From positions 186,001-250,000 of the forward strand of contig MU058687.1 of NCBI GenBank assembly GCA_013265495.1: a stretch of 64,000 nucleotides of DNA. Reading direction: 5' to 3'. Made by a program: the position numbers and the translations under genes. Shown here one piece after another: positions 24,519-36,141 of the stretch. The notes below the pieces were generated by a model. That model was not told the DNA's origin. It was given only the letters and a program-made list of their open reading frames with translations, and did not search any database. Every line of letters starts with the position of its first letter. Position 1 is the first letter of the stretch. This DNA is from Vicugna vicugna. Taxonomy: Eukaryota.

Positions 24519-24715
24519 CTGCCACATTTTTTACAAGGGAACGTGTTCTCCTGGTTCTGGGTCTTGCTAAATGTCTCTGCTTTTTTCTTCTTCTCCGAAA
24601 ACGGTAGTGCCCTTCGTGACTTCCCTGGCCCCTCCCTTGGCTTCTCTGAGGCTTGGCCACTGGCAGACCCAGGGGCATTGGACTCGTGGCTTCGGAGGAT
24701 GAGGATGTCATTGGC
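24519..24715 (-). CDS. MIDEAS: MIDEAS coding exon 11 of 12
   Basis: ctgcag|GCC AAT ... GGC AG|gtgag; 197 nt; ANDILILRSHE...NTFPCKKCG(R). If unspliced it ends at TGA 24515-24517. Confidence 0.93.
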
Positions 24716-25614
24716 CTGCAGACGATCATACAAGGAAAGTTGAGAGATTTAGGTAAGACAGGATCCCAAATTCTGGAATCTCAGTAGAGGGCTCTTAAAG
24801 GTCATACCCTCCTGCCAAATGGTCCCCTGGCATCCTCTTGAATCCTTCCAGTGAGGAGGCACTCGCTGCCTTTTCAGCAGCCCTTTCTATCTTTGGCCAG
24901 CTCTATTTTTACAAAGCTGCTGGTATAGTAATTTTGTAGGATAGTCCTAGCAGCTACAGGACTTCTTGATGCATTTGACAGGGGTCTTAGTATCTCAATT
25001 AATGCCATGGGTTTATGTTTTCAGTCATTTAGTCTACTCATGACTTCACTCTGTAAGTGCCCTTCAAATCTGTGTAATGTGCCAGGTTACACAGAAGATA
25101 CAGAGGTGACAGGAGGCCCTGCCCTCGGAAAGCTCACAGTCTAGTGGAAGGGACAGGCATGCAGACAGCTAGCTGATGGCAACATGAGCCACCATGGGAA
25201 ATGCCAAGCAGGTGCCAGAGAGCACAGGACATCCGGTGCAGACCTGGAGAGGTACTGTAAGGGTATGTGAGCCATGGGCCTCAGGTTAGGGCAGCCCCAG
25301 ATGGCCATTAGAAGTGCCCCCAGTTGACACATGCACTGGGTCAACGGCCACAGGAAAAGTGTTCACAAAAATTCAGCAGAACTCAATCGAGCGTGTACAC
25401 AGAACACAACTCTTGCAGGAGCACAGCCAAGGCTCAGAAGGGAGGAAACAGCTGTATGTCTACAGTTTGTGGGGGGTTTTAAGCAAGCATAAGTGTACAA
25501 CACAAATTAAACGAAAGAAGACTCTCATAGTACTTCTCCAACAGACCCTTCCCATCCCTACTCTCTACTGGGGGACCTCTCCTTGACAAGAAACAGCTCT
25601 GACCAATATGTCTT

Positions 25615-25820
25615 GCTTCTTGGCCTGTGATGTGGTGGACAGAGCACTGCACTAAGACATAGGGTGGGACATCAGGCAAATCACTTAGCATCTCTGAACC
25701 CAGTTTCCTCCATCTGCAAGGTGGGGGTTAACACTTTCTGGGGTCATTGTGAAGAATTAATGAGATAATGGACAGGAAAGCACTTTGCAGACAACATGCA
25801 TGAAAGGCCACTATTGTTAT
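25615..25820 (+). mobile_element. MIR SINE
   Basis: ggcaaatcacttagcatctctgaacccagtttcctccatctg core. Confidence 0.7.
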
Positions 25821-25974
25821 TCTCATCATCTCAGCTGAGTTTCAGACATTCTTTTCAGGGTCGAAGCTCTCTTAGGAAGAGCCCTGTCTGAGCTATAAGT
25901 CACGGATGCTTCCCCAATGTCCCATACTCTTTCTGGGTTTTCACAAAGGCTTTTTCCTCTGAGTCTCAGATACA

Positions 25975-26165
25975 GGAGCAGTATAGTATAAAAATTAATA
26001 GCAGATTCTGGAGTCAGGCTGCCTACTACTTGTCTTATCTTGGGCCTCAATTTCCTCACCTGTTAGATGAGAATAATGACAGTACCTACCACATGGGGTT
26101 ATGAAGATTAAATGAGTTTACAGCTTGAAGTATTTAGTACATTTCCTGCCATTATGATGATGATC
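25975..26165 (+). mobile_element. MIR SINE
   Basis: gggcctcaatttcctcacctgttagatgagaataatgacagtacctacc core. Confidence 0.75.
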
Positions 26166-26262
26166 ATTGTCATGTTCCTGCTCTGCCCTCCCTCTCACAC
26201 CCCCAGGCCCATCTCCAGCTGCCCTCCTGGCCCTGGGCTCCCCAAGTGGAGGTCACACTTAC

Positions 26263-26478
26263 CGACTCATTGGCCTGTAGTGTCTGTGTGGCTTTGACGG
26301 CTGCTGCCCGCCGGCTTCGCTCTCGCCCCTCTTCCTGCTCCCCCTTCTCCTGGGTCTCTGGCATCTCCTCCTCCCCCACTTCCTTCCTGGTCTCCTTTAC
26401 TTCCCTCTTAGGCTCCAGCCTCTCTTCATTTGGGGACGCTCTTCTTGGAGGAGGCACCCTTGGGAACTTCTGAGAAGT
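26263..26478 (-). CDS. MIDEAS: MIDEAS coding exon 10 of 12
   Basis: catag|ACT TCT ... GAG TCG|gtaag; 216 nt; TSQKFPRVPPPRR...TLQANES. Confidence 0.93.
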
Positions 26479-27079
26479 CTATGGAGGACAAGAACAGGGC
26501 AGTGAGCCTACAGCTCAGTCACACAGCCATCTGCACCGACTCTGACCCTGCCAGTCCTGCTTACCTGGCCTGGCCCAGCACAGCCTCCTGTGCTGGGACC
26601 CTATACCCTCCCACAGCTAGTCTGCCTGTAAAAGGAAAGTCTTGAGCCCTGGGAATCCTCAGGGTGAGCACTTAAGATAGAGCTGGGGCAGGAAAAGGCA
26701 TGCCAGTCCCTCCCCACAGGCCATCTGTCCTCCTGGGTGTATCCAACAGACACATCCTTGGGCAAGGTGGTCTGGTGGAGCCAGGCAGCAGCCTTGAGCT
26801 CCATTCAAAGGTACCTTGATAATGTTTTCTATATCTCCCCTTCTCACCTGCAAATCAGGACTAAGCCACTCCCTGTCTTACAGCAGCATGTCAACAAGTG
26901 TGGATTTCTGACCCCAAGATCATATTAGGTAGATACATGGGCACAGAATTAAATAACATTCTCTTAAGCTCTCTTTCAGTCCTGATTATGGCAAGGAAAA
27001 AGTCTGGAGTTGGTGTTAATACGTCTTTTATACTTCTCTATACTTAACAAGGAGGGGTCAGGCCTTACCCTAGAGCCTT

Positions 27080-27352
27080 GGCAGGTCATAGTATCTAGCT
27101 AGAATTTAATAACATTCGTTTTCATATATATTTTTACCAGTACTTCCTATGACAAGCAACACTGGTTTCCTATTTATGACTGTGATATAAAGCTTCCCTT
27201 TTGGGTACAAAATGAGCTGACTTAAAGGAAAACATTAAGTAGTAGCACAAGTGTGGATATGACAAAGATAGTAATGGTGACATATGGTAGGATGCAGAAA
27301 TAGCAGAGTTCATAAAGGTGATACAAGTATTACTAAAGTTGGGAAACCGTGT
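27080..27352. mobile_element. hAT-Charlie-like DNA transposon fragment
   Basis: AT-rich body ending aaagttgggaaaccgtg, similar to Charlie-family termini; family not assigned. Confidence 0.35.
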
Positions 27353-27646
27353 TAGAGGTCTGCTATGAGGAGACAGTAAGTCAATGCTGGTGTAAATACT
27401 GTGGGAAATATCCCCCAATGTTCTGCATCAGTACGATGTATTATGATGACACTGGCAAATAGAGAGGGGAACCCAAAGGTCCAGGGCCAGTGCCCAGGAC
27501 ATCAGCTCCCTGGGGCTGTCAGAGACACTGCCTCCTTCTCTCTGCCCTCCAGGGACTCCTGGAGAGATCAGCCTCAGGCTCCCAGCTCAGCCCTCACATC
27601 AGACCCAGCCCAGGCTCTAAGCAGCTGAGGCTGGGAAGGGAGTCAC

Positions 27647-27796
27647 CTTAATATCCACTTCAACCTCTTCCTGGGCTGACTTTTCATCACTTGTATCCAC
27701 ATCCCCGAAGGTTAGCGTCCCATTCCGTCCAATCTTCACCTGCTTCTTGTAGGTATAGTAAAACTCCACACACTGGGCCACAGTCTTGGTCTGGAT
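27647..27796 (-). CDS. MIDEAS: MIDEAS coding exon 9 of 12 (SANT domain, C-terminal part)
   Basis: accag|ATC CAG ... ATT AAG|gtgac; 150 nt; IQTKTVAQCVEFYYTYKKQVK...EVDIK. Confidence 0.95.
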
Positions 27797-27989
27797 CTGG
27801 TTTGGAGCCAAAACAGAGGTCAGAGTTCCTGGTTCAGCTCACCTGTTTGGGGGTACTTTCTCATCCCTGCGTGTCCCCCTTAACCTAAGCAAACACTAAA
27901 GCCAATAAACCCAGGAAATACAAGCATTTCTCCAACAACGCCTGCTCTGCGCAAACCACTGACTAATTCAATTAACCAAGCCTTCAGCA

Positions 27990-28385
27990 CTATTGGAAAA
28001 AAAACAAAACTAAAGAGGACAACATAGAGCCACTGAGATTTGAATATGAATTGCACATTAGAGAGCATTATTGTATCGGTTTAAATTTCTTGGGTGTGAT
28101 AATGGTACTACGGTTTTGTAAGAGAATATTCTTATCTTATATTTAGGTCAAATGTCATGATGCCTGTAACTTACTTTTTGTGGGTTGTTTTTTTTTAATG
28201 TAACTTACTTTTAATGCTTAGTTAAAACAGAAGGAATAGGTGTATGTGTGCAATTATATATAGACACAGAGAGACAGCAAATGTGGCAAATATTAACAAT
28301 TGGTAAATCTGGGAGGTATATGGGTGTTCACTATGCTATTCTTTCCATTTTTCTGTAAGCTTGAGATTTCTCAAAAGAAAAAGTT
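27990..28385 (+). mobile_element. Old L1 3' end
   Basis: gggtgtgataatggtac, gcaaatgtggcaaatattaacaattggtaaatct, ttttctgtaagcttgagatttctcaaaa. Confidence 0.7.
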
Positions 28386-29891
28386 TAAAGGGGAAAAAGT
28401 CTGGGCACAATCCACATTCAAAGCCAGCCTAGACCTGGCAACACAGCCTCTCTACATCAATCCAAGAAAACAATTTCATTCCTCTCTAGGCAGCAGTGAC
28501 GGATAAGCGAGGACAGAGAAATGTCAAATTGTCCTCTGTTGGGGAGGAACTCAAGAGAGACTAACATGAAAGTCCTTGAAAACCAAGTCTTGTTCCCAAC
28601 TCTGCCACTGAATGGCTGTGTAGCCTCAGGCAAGTCTCTTGGTGTGGAAGTGGTGAGTGGGGTGAAACTAGATGATCTCCAAGGGCCTTCCAAGCTCTGA
28701 AACCCTATCCCTCCCGTTTCACAAATCCATTTGGCCACTGGGTTTGGTTTCTGGATGGCTTTCCCCCACGCAGCTGTTTTCTCAGACTCTCCCCACTCCC
28801 CCCAGGCTCCCAGACTGCTCAGCCAACTGCTGGGCTGGGCTGGGAGCTAGCAGGTCCCGTCCACAGAGCCCAAGAGGTCAGAGAGGGCCCTCTGTGCGTG
28901 CAGGAAACAGACATGATTCATCTCACAGGAATGGCCAAGTCAGAAATGTATTAATTAGATCCTGTTTACACTTTTACTATCAATTCCCTCTGATCATCTG
29001 TTTGCCTGACTAATGGTCTGCTCTCTTCATTAAGGCATTAGGGGCGCCTCAGTGAGCTTCACAGGCGTGTACTTCCCGGCAGTACTGCCCATTCAGGGAG
29101 CACAGCAAACGACTGTCCTCACAACAGGGCCCCTGTAGGAGATTTGTCAGCACTCTGTCCCGGCCCAGGGCGTCCTGGCACAACCTACAATCCCAGGAGG
29201 AGAAAGCACATTCTGGGAAGCCCTTTTCCCTCAGTGGTCCACACAACTCACTCTCCTCACAGCCCAGACTCTGAGACAGGACCGGTGGATTAGCAAAGCA
29301 CTGTACTCTCCCAGAAGAACTTGGGGAGAGGACAAGAGAAATTTAGGAAAACTAGGCTCGGGCCTCCAACACTCAGTCAGCTGAGTTACCAGAAGGAAGC
29401 CCTGGGTCTGACAGGAAGTGGGCAGAGGCCCCTAGGTCAGTTAGAGGCACTTGCTAGCTCTCATCTCAGCTCCCCCCCTCATCTCAGGGTGACCTCTCCT
29501 CCCACATACTAATAGCGGCCTTCGAAGGACTCCAGCCCCTTGGGATGGCTCACGTCTGCCTGCAGCCCTCCTGTTCTTCCTCAGGAAAGTCACTGTTTTA
29601 AGTTTGGTGCTCCTGGGTCTGGTGCCCACTCAAGCCCCGCTGTGGACTGAGACCCCAGAGTATAGCCACGCTACTCTGAGGTGAGGGAAGGGGGCTTAAG
29701 AACCAAGGGGTGAAAGGCTCGATCACTTCCCTTTTTGTTTTATTTAGAAAAATGTCTCTGCAGCTACTTAAAAAGCATTGCCCTAAATGCTTTTTAAGAG
29801 GGCTTGGTAAGCAACTGCAGGGTGCCCCATGGGCAGAGGGAGCCCCAAACCATGCAGGCCCTCACTTGCCCCTGAAACAGCCCCAGCTCAC

Positions 29892-29980
29892 CAGCTTCTG
29901 CACCAAGAAGAAATCCTTCTTGTAGATGGCAATGCCCTTGTTGAACAGCTTCCTCTCGGCCATCTTCCACTGGTCAGAGC
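29892..29980 (-). CDS. MIDEAS: MIDEAS coding exon 8 of 12 (SANT domain)
   Basis: cgcag|GC TCT ... AAG CTG|gtgag; 89 nt; (G)[29 protein letters not shown]. Confidence 0.95.
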
Positions 29981-30674
29981 CTGCGGGGCAAAGCAGCAGC
30001 CAGGGGAGTGAGGCGGGTGTGAGTGTGAGCACGGTGGGGGGCAGTTCTGACTAGGGTAAAAGGGTGAAGTCATCCAACCACCGTCTCTGGAGGCATTCAG
30101 CGCTGGCTCCACATCCTGCTTCTGCACTTATTGGCCATGTCGCTTAGCCTCTGAGCCTCAATTTCTCCTCTTGTGAAATGGGAATTAATAATAGAAGCCA
30201 CCTCCCCAGCTGTGGTGGAGACTAAGTGAGATAACGCATGTGGAACCCCTGGTGTTCTGCCTGGCACCGACGGGTGAAACCCTCAACGGGGGTCGATAAC
30301 AGCAGCTGCTACGATTATGCCACTTGGCCAACATCCCTCTTAAAGCACAGCGCCCAGAACAGGACATGGCACTCTGGGGGTTGTCCAAGTGCCAGGCAAC
30401 TGATGCCAATTGGGATGGCACTCCCTGGTGCCTGGGTTTTTTTGCCTGGATGGGCTCACCCCTTCCCCCTTCCACTCTAAGGCACAGGAAACCCCTTGAA
30501 AGCTACCCCAGCATTGGTGTCAGTTCTCTCATTCTGGCTCTGGGCTCATCCGTCCCCCACCTCCCTACCCACACCGCACCCCAGGCTATGACTCAGCACT
30601 GAAGTGGCCCCACTGATGCTGGAGCCCCCTCGTGGCTCCAGGATCCAGGCCCCAGGCCCACCCTGCCAGCCCAC

Positions 30675-30750
30675 CTGTGTAGTGATAAGTTGCCAGCGGG
30701 TGGTTGTGGGGCCGCAGGGGCTTCTTCAGTAGCAGCTTATTCAGCGTTTC
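30675..30750 (-). CDS. MIDEAS: MIDEAS coding exon 7 of 12
   Basis: tttag|GAA ACG ... ACA G|gtggg; 76 nt; ETLNKLLLKKPLRPHNHPLATYHYT. Confidence 0.95.
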
Positions 30751-31220
30751 CTAAAAAAGAAGTGAAGAAAAGGTCAGGGCCCTGGCAAAGATCTCAGTGG
30801 GCAAAATTCAGGTCTCTGAGTAGGGTGGGCACTTACTCTTGGCCCCTTTAGCTGAGGACAAGCAGTAGGTCTGGCAAGATGACAAGGTCATGGGGGGTGG
30901 GCCTGCTCAGGGCCTCTTAAGAGGGAACACACAGCCCCCAAGGCAGGCAGCCACAGAGGGAGAAGGCCTTCAATGACACCCCTGTCTGAGGGTGGGGACC
31001 TACTGACCCACAGTCAGGGACTGGTGTGGACCCTGCACAGCAAAGCCTGGAGTTTGGAACCAGAGCTTCCTTGGGCCAACTCCCTACCACCCCCAAGTTG
31101 GTCAAACCCTCCCGCCTGCCTCAAATCAGCAGGCCTGACAGGCCTGGCTCCTAAGCAGCAGACACAGATCCATGCCAGCCTCCCTGAGGAGCCCTCCCTC
31201 CATGAGGGGCATTGTCTTAC

Positions 31221-31324
31221 CAGGATGTCTCCCCTGGACTCGTGCAGACAGTGTAAGGCCAGCTCCTGGTTGGTGCCGGCTCCAGGGAAAATGCTGGAGC
31301 AGGCAGCTGTCAGCAGGTCCTCCA
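31221..31324 (-). CDS. MIDEAS: MIDEAS coding exon 6 of 12 (ELM2 domain)
   Basis: cccag|TG GAG ... ATC CTG|gtaag; 104 nt; (V)[34 protein letters not shown]. Confidence 0.95.
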
Positions 31325-31457
31325 CTGGGGAGGAAGGAAGGCAACACACTTTTAGGGCTGGGCTGGGCGAGCAGGGCTAGGTTGTGGCAGGGCCTTGCCC
31401 ACCCACTGCCCAGCAGCCGGCCGTGCTTGCTTTGCCTGTTGGCCCGGCCCCTCTCAC

Positions 31458-31600
31458 CTTGCCTCTGCTTCTCCCGGCTGCTCTCTAGGTTCTCCCACGG
31501 CTGCCACACCAAGTCTGCCTTGTGGGGGTCTGTAGCTGCCAGGGCACGGTCCCTCATTGAGGGGATTTCCGCTTGGAACCGGGAGCCCACATTGATCCGT
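31458..31600 (-). CDS. MIDEAS: MIDEAS coding exon 5 of 12 (ELM2 domain start)
   Basis: tgcag|A CGG ATC ... CAA G|gtgag; 143 nt; [16 protein letters not shown]2 signature. Confidence 0.95.
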
Positions 31601-32083
31601 CTGCAGGGGTGGAAAGGGCAGGGAGTAAGGCCTCACCATGTGGGGATGGGGAACCCGACTTACTCCCTGAGGATGGAAAAGATGCAGGGGGTAGTTGGCA
31701 GAGGCTGAGCACAGCAAGGCCCCAGCTGGATGTAAGGGAATCTGGCTTCTGTGGGCACAGCCTGGCAAGTGGCACCTGGTCCTGCCAGAAAGGCAAGACC
31801 CAGAGGCTGGAAAGGGGAGAAGAAGCTTGAGGTTTACAGACAGGGAAAGAGTCTCTTGGATTAGCCTTTTAATTCTTTTCAGGAGCAAAATCAAACTGAG
31901 CTGGTCCTTTCCTTCCCTGTGACTTCCACACAGAAGCTGGCAGGAGGAAGTTCAGTGAAGCCCAGGCCTGACTGCAAAAGCCCAGAGAGGTGTGCTCAGC
32001 CCTCAGCCCACAGGGCCCACCTGCATGCACTGACCCCACTTGGCCACCCTCACCCACTGGGCCAGAGGCAGGGCTGCACTTAC

Positions 32084-32150
32084 GGCTCAATGCTCACAGG
32101 GGTGGCCTCCCCCATCACAGAGAGGACAGGCGGTGTGACTTCAGCACTAT
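32084..32150 (-). CDS. MIDEAS: MIDEAS coding exon 4 of 12
   Basis: catag|AT AGT ... GAG CC|gtaag; 67 nt; (N)SAEVTPPVLSVMGEATPVSIE(P). Confidence 0.93.
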
Positions 32151-32689
32151 CTATGGGACAAAAGGCAGGTTAGTAAATGGCACCCTCTCCTCCACCCTTC
32201 AGCGAAGCCACCCTCCCCAACCCGAGGTGGCTGCTCCATATGCTCAAGAGCCACAGAGGTGACTCACAGAGGTTCATGCGAGGAAATCAGGCACCCCGAG
32301 TCCTGGCTCTGCAGACTGCAACTGTGACAACCAGCTGTGACTACCAAATATGTGAGTGCCTCCACTTTCACACTTGCTGTAAGGGGCTATTACTACCTAT
32401 CTCCCTAGGTTGATGTGAAAATTGAATGAAATCATACACAAAGCCCTCAAAAAATATTAGCTACTATTATTACTACTACTACTAGATCTACTTCTGGAGC
32501 CGGGTCCCTGCCCCAGGAGCGCCCACACCACAGCATGAACTCCAACATTCAACTACAGTTGCTCTGGTAAAGAGGCTGAAACTTCCACCCCACGAGCAAG
32601 GTGGTGAAGGAGATCACTGTTTCGTAATTATCTTCTCACTTCCTTGCTGGGTTCTCTGCCTCAGTTTCTCCTGAGCTAATGTTAATGCC

Positions 32690-33090
32690 CTACATGTCAA
32701 GACACTCCCTTGCTCCAAAAACAAAATCTCTGCTGACTTCCCTCTGCAACCTGAGAGAAAAGCTCAACTCCTCAGCTCAGCATTCAAGGCCTGTTTCCCT
32801 TCCATCTATGCTTCCTACCACCACCTTGCCTGGACCCTCGATCCCAGCGGATCACTCCCTCTTGGCGCTCCCTGCACGGTCCCACCTCCGGGCCTTTGCA
32901 TTACTTCGTAGGATGCCCTCCCCACCTGCTTCCTAGTTGAAGTACAGCTCTAGCCCCACCCTCTCTTAAATAAATGGCTTCCTTACCACCACTCTGCAGG
33001 CTTCGGAGCTTAGGGTCTGCTTCACTCACTGACTGCTGATCCCACAGTGCCTGGAACTTGTTTTTCTGTCTTCCAAGCTTCCATTTCAAC
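32690..33090 (+). mobile_element. L2 fragment
   Basis: aaagctcaactcctcagctcagcattcaaggcc, gggcctttgcattac. Confidence 0.55.
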
Positions 33091-33634
33091 TCCCTAATTA
33101 ATGACCCTGCATTCTCTTTAGAATAGACCATGGTGTCCCAGACATTTCTGAGGCCCTCACAGGACCCAGTTCAGACTTTACAGCTAAGGGCAAAATGAAT
33201 ATTCATGGATGGACAGACCTCTTCTTTGCTGCCAATCTGGTCTCTACAGTGACTTCTTCCTGCACAACCCAGGCAGGGAGAGGTTTTGAAGCTTCCTGTA
33301 GAAGTTGAAGGGCTGAAGGCCAGCAGGCCCAGGGGGAGCCATTTCTCACCCACAGACACCAGGGGGCACCAGAGAACTATGCCACAGTGAGGTCAGGGTC
33401 AGAGGTTAATTCAGGGACAGCACTGCCTCACCCCTGTGCTACCTCTGGTCTCACACATAATCCTATCACCCTGAGAAAGGATTATCCCATTTCTCAGAGG
33501 AAATGAACCCTTGTGTGGAGTAGGCAACATTTTTCAGCAATTCGCCATCCAGGCCAGCCAAAATGTCTGCTCTGGGCCAAAAGGACTGTTGAAGAGACCC
33601 AGGAGACAGGCTCTGCCACATAATATTAAGAACA

Positions 33635-33910
33635 AATGTGACACGCCAGGCACAGTGTTAAGTGCTTTACGTGTGTTAATGCATCTGAACCTCACCACAG
33701 CCCTGGGAGGAAGCTATTAGGTTGAATCATAGGAAACTGCTGTTTGTGGATTTAAAAACAGCTGAATATATATTGACAATTTCATCATTAACCAAATACT
33801 AACATCCTCATTTAAATATTGAAAAAACTAAGACCCAGGGAGTTTAAATGACTTCCACAGGGGATGTAGGAGTAAATGGTGAACTGGGATTTGAGTCCAA
33901 GCGGCTGGGC
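33635..33910 (-). mobile_element. MIR SINE (interrupted)
   Basis: gccaggcacagtgttaagtgctttac...ctgggatttgagtccaagc. Confidence 0.6.
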
Positions 33911-34104
33911 TGACACCTCCTCTCCACCACACCTAAGTGTCCTTGAGCCAGGACAACCTTCTCTCTTTCAGAGGAGAGCGTGTGGAGCCCCTTTTCCCAC
34001 AGCATTCCAGCCCAATCCCCAGCTGCCCCAGAAGCTGAGTCTTCCCTGCTCACTGCCCTCCCTCCCACATTCCTGCCAGGTCTGGGGGGGGGGGAGTCAC
34101 TCAC

Positions 34105-34450
34105 TAGACCGGAGTAGGGTGCGATGGGCACTCTTTGGTGTGATGGGAGGAGGGGCTGGGATGCTGCTGGTCGACATGATGGCATTGAAATAGAGTCCGG
34201 AGCCTTCCCGCACGGGGCTGAGGATGGGAGGTGGTGTGTAGGGGGGCAGTTCAAAGCTCCGCTCAGAGGGGTGGTCGGCGAGGCGGACAGGGGAGCGCAG
34301 GTGGCTCTGGTATGGGGTGATGTTGGAGTAGACGGGAGGGGCGATGAAAGTGCCCGCCTTGGTGGGGATGATCAGGGGCTCAGGCCTCGGCCGCTGCTTT
34401 GGTTTCCGCACTGAAGTTTCCCCCTCCAACTTGATATTTATGTCCTCAGC
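34105..34450 (-). CDS. MIDEAS: MIDEAS coding exon 3 of 12
   Basis: cccag|GCT GAG ... TCT A|gtgag; 346 nt; AEDINIKLEGETSVRKPKQRPRPEPLIIP...ELPPYTPPPILSPVREGSGLY...TLLRS. Confidence 0.95.
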
Positions 34451-34624
34451 CTGGGGAATGAAACAGAACCAAGACGGCTCAGCCTCTTACGTCCTGGGAA
34501 CACTGAAGTCTTGACCACTGCTTGCCAGTCTCACCTTTGGAACTTAGTCTGCCCACCACACCCACCGAGGCAAGCCTAAGATAGGGAACAGGTCCAAAAG
34601 CCTTTCTTACTGTCTCCTCTAGGG

Positions 34625-34810
34625 CAGGGGTCAGCAGTTTGCCGAGGGCCAGAGAGTAAATATTTTAGGCTTTGTGGGCGACACATATATTCTTTGGTAC
34701 ATATTCTTCTTTTCCTGGCCCTCTACTCCCTTTTTAAATAATCCTTTGAAAAGGGTAAAAACCATTCTTAGGGCTGGATTTGGCCCACAGGTCATAGTTG
34801 CCAACCCCTG
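34625..34810 (+). mobile_element. MER58-family hAT-Charlie MITE
   Basis: Terminal inverted repeats caggggtcagca / tgccaacccctg; internal agggccagagagtaaatattttaggctttg. Confidence 0.85.
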
Positions 34811-34834
34811 CTGAAAAGTATGCTACAGGGCAGG

Positions 34835-35070
34835 GGATTATAGTGGTTGAGGGCCCAGGCTCTGGAACTAGATTGCTTGGACTGGGATCCACTTCTTTTA
34901 CTTACCACTTAAAATTACTTAACTCTCTGGGCATCATCATTTTTAACAGGGGAATAAAAAGTGCCTACATGATGGGGTAGCTATGAGGACTAAATGAATG
35001 AATACGTCGGAATCACTGAGAACAAGACCTGGTACATAGCAATTAATCAATACTGGCTGCTACCACTACT
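34835..35070 (+). mobile_element. MIR SINE
   Basis: tagtggttgagggcccaggctctggaac...aaattacttaactctctggg...atgaggactaaatga. Confidence 0.7.
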
Positions 35071-35689
35071 TACACTCTAAGCTCTGTATTAGATGGTGGC
35101 CCATACTGTGTGCCAAGACCTGAGGGACCACACAGTGAACAGGACAGCCCTTGTCCTTGAAGAACTTTAATTCTCATAGTATTAGTCCTACTATCACAGG
35201 CTAGCCTACTTGTGCTGTCAAAGGTTAGCCCTACTGGCTTACACTTCTCCCTGCTTGGTACGCCTCATGGGCTCCATACAGAGTAGAAGGCATGGCTGTA
35301 GAGGAATGGGGGCCTATCATTGGCTCAAAAGAGAATGAAGCCCTATAGGGGGTGAGCGACTTCAATCATCTCCCTGGGTACACAGGTAAGATTGGCCACA
35401 CTGACTGAGTGGGACTGGGAACAACAGGTTTTCCTCTCCTCTCAGGTTCCAGCTCCCACACAATCTTCCAGCAGAGGGCCCTGACTCCCCATGATGCCTT
35501 GCCCATGCTGGTTAGCTATTTGTACCCTCTCTGCTGTTTTAAGACTAGGAAGAAATGACATTGTTCATGCTTCCCCCCTTAGGGGAACAATATGACTGCA
35601 CAGAAAAAAAAAAATCAGTGACGCCAAAAGCCCCCAAACTTGATAGATGAGAAATCCAACACGAACTCAGCTAGCTGTAATGATTTGTG

Positions 35690-36109
35690 ATTTCATAATA
35701 GAGAAAATGGATTTAAAACTATTCTGAATATTTGACAATATTTTAATATTGATTTTTTAGGTGTGATAATGGTATTGTAGGAAGGAAGAAGGAAGGAAGA
35801 GAGGAGGGAAGGAAAGAAACAGAGAAAGAGAGAGATTGGGGGAGGGAAGGAAAAGAGGGGAGGGAATGAGGGAGGAAAGAAGGAAGGAAGAAAGAAGGAA
35901 AGAGAATCCTTATGTATGATGTACTTAAGATACAAAACCAAAGCATTTATGGATAGAATCATGTGATATTTGGGATTTGCTTCAAAAAAAAAAATCCAGT
36001 GGCAGGGAGAAGTAGAGGTATAAATGAAAGAAGACAGGTTGAGCAGCTAAATATTAGGGTTCATTATACCATTCTCTCTACTTTTGCACATGATTGAAAA
36101 TGTCTACAA

Positions 36110-36110
<1 letters not shown>
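35690..36110 (+). mobile_element. Old L1 3' end with embedded purine-rich (GGAA/GA) tract at ~35780-35900
   Basis: ttttttaggtgtgataatggtattgt, gatatttgggatttgcttcaaaa, gggttcattataccattctctctacttttg. Confidence 0.7.

Positions 36111-36141
<31 letters not shown>

Noticed and set aside
23995..24729. 244-aa ORF running through the last MIDEAS intron into the last exon frame
   Set aside because: Would need a +1 shift from the exon frame with no clear signal; an open frame in a GC-rich 343-nt intron is unremarkable, and only its C-terminal 59 aa are real exon.
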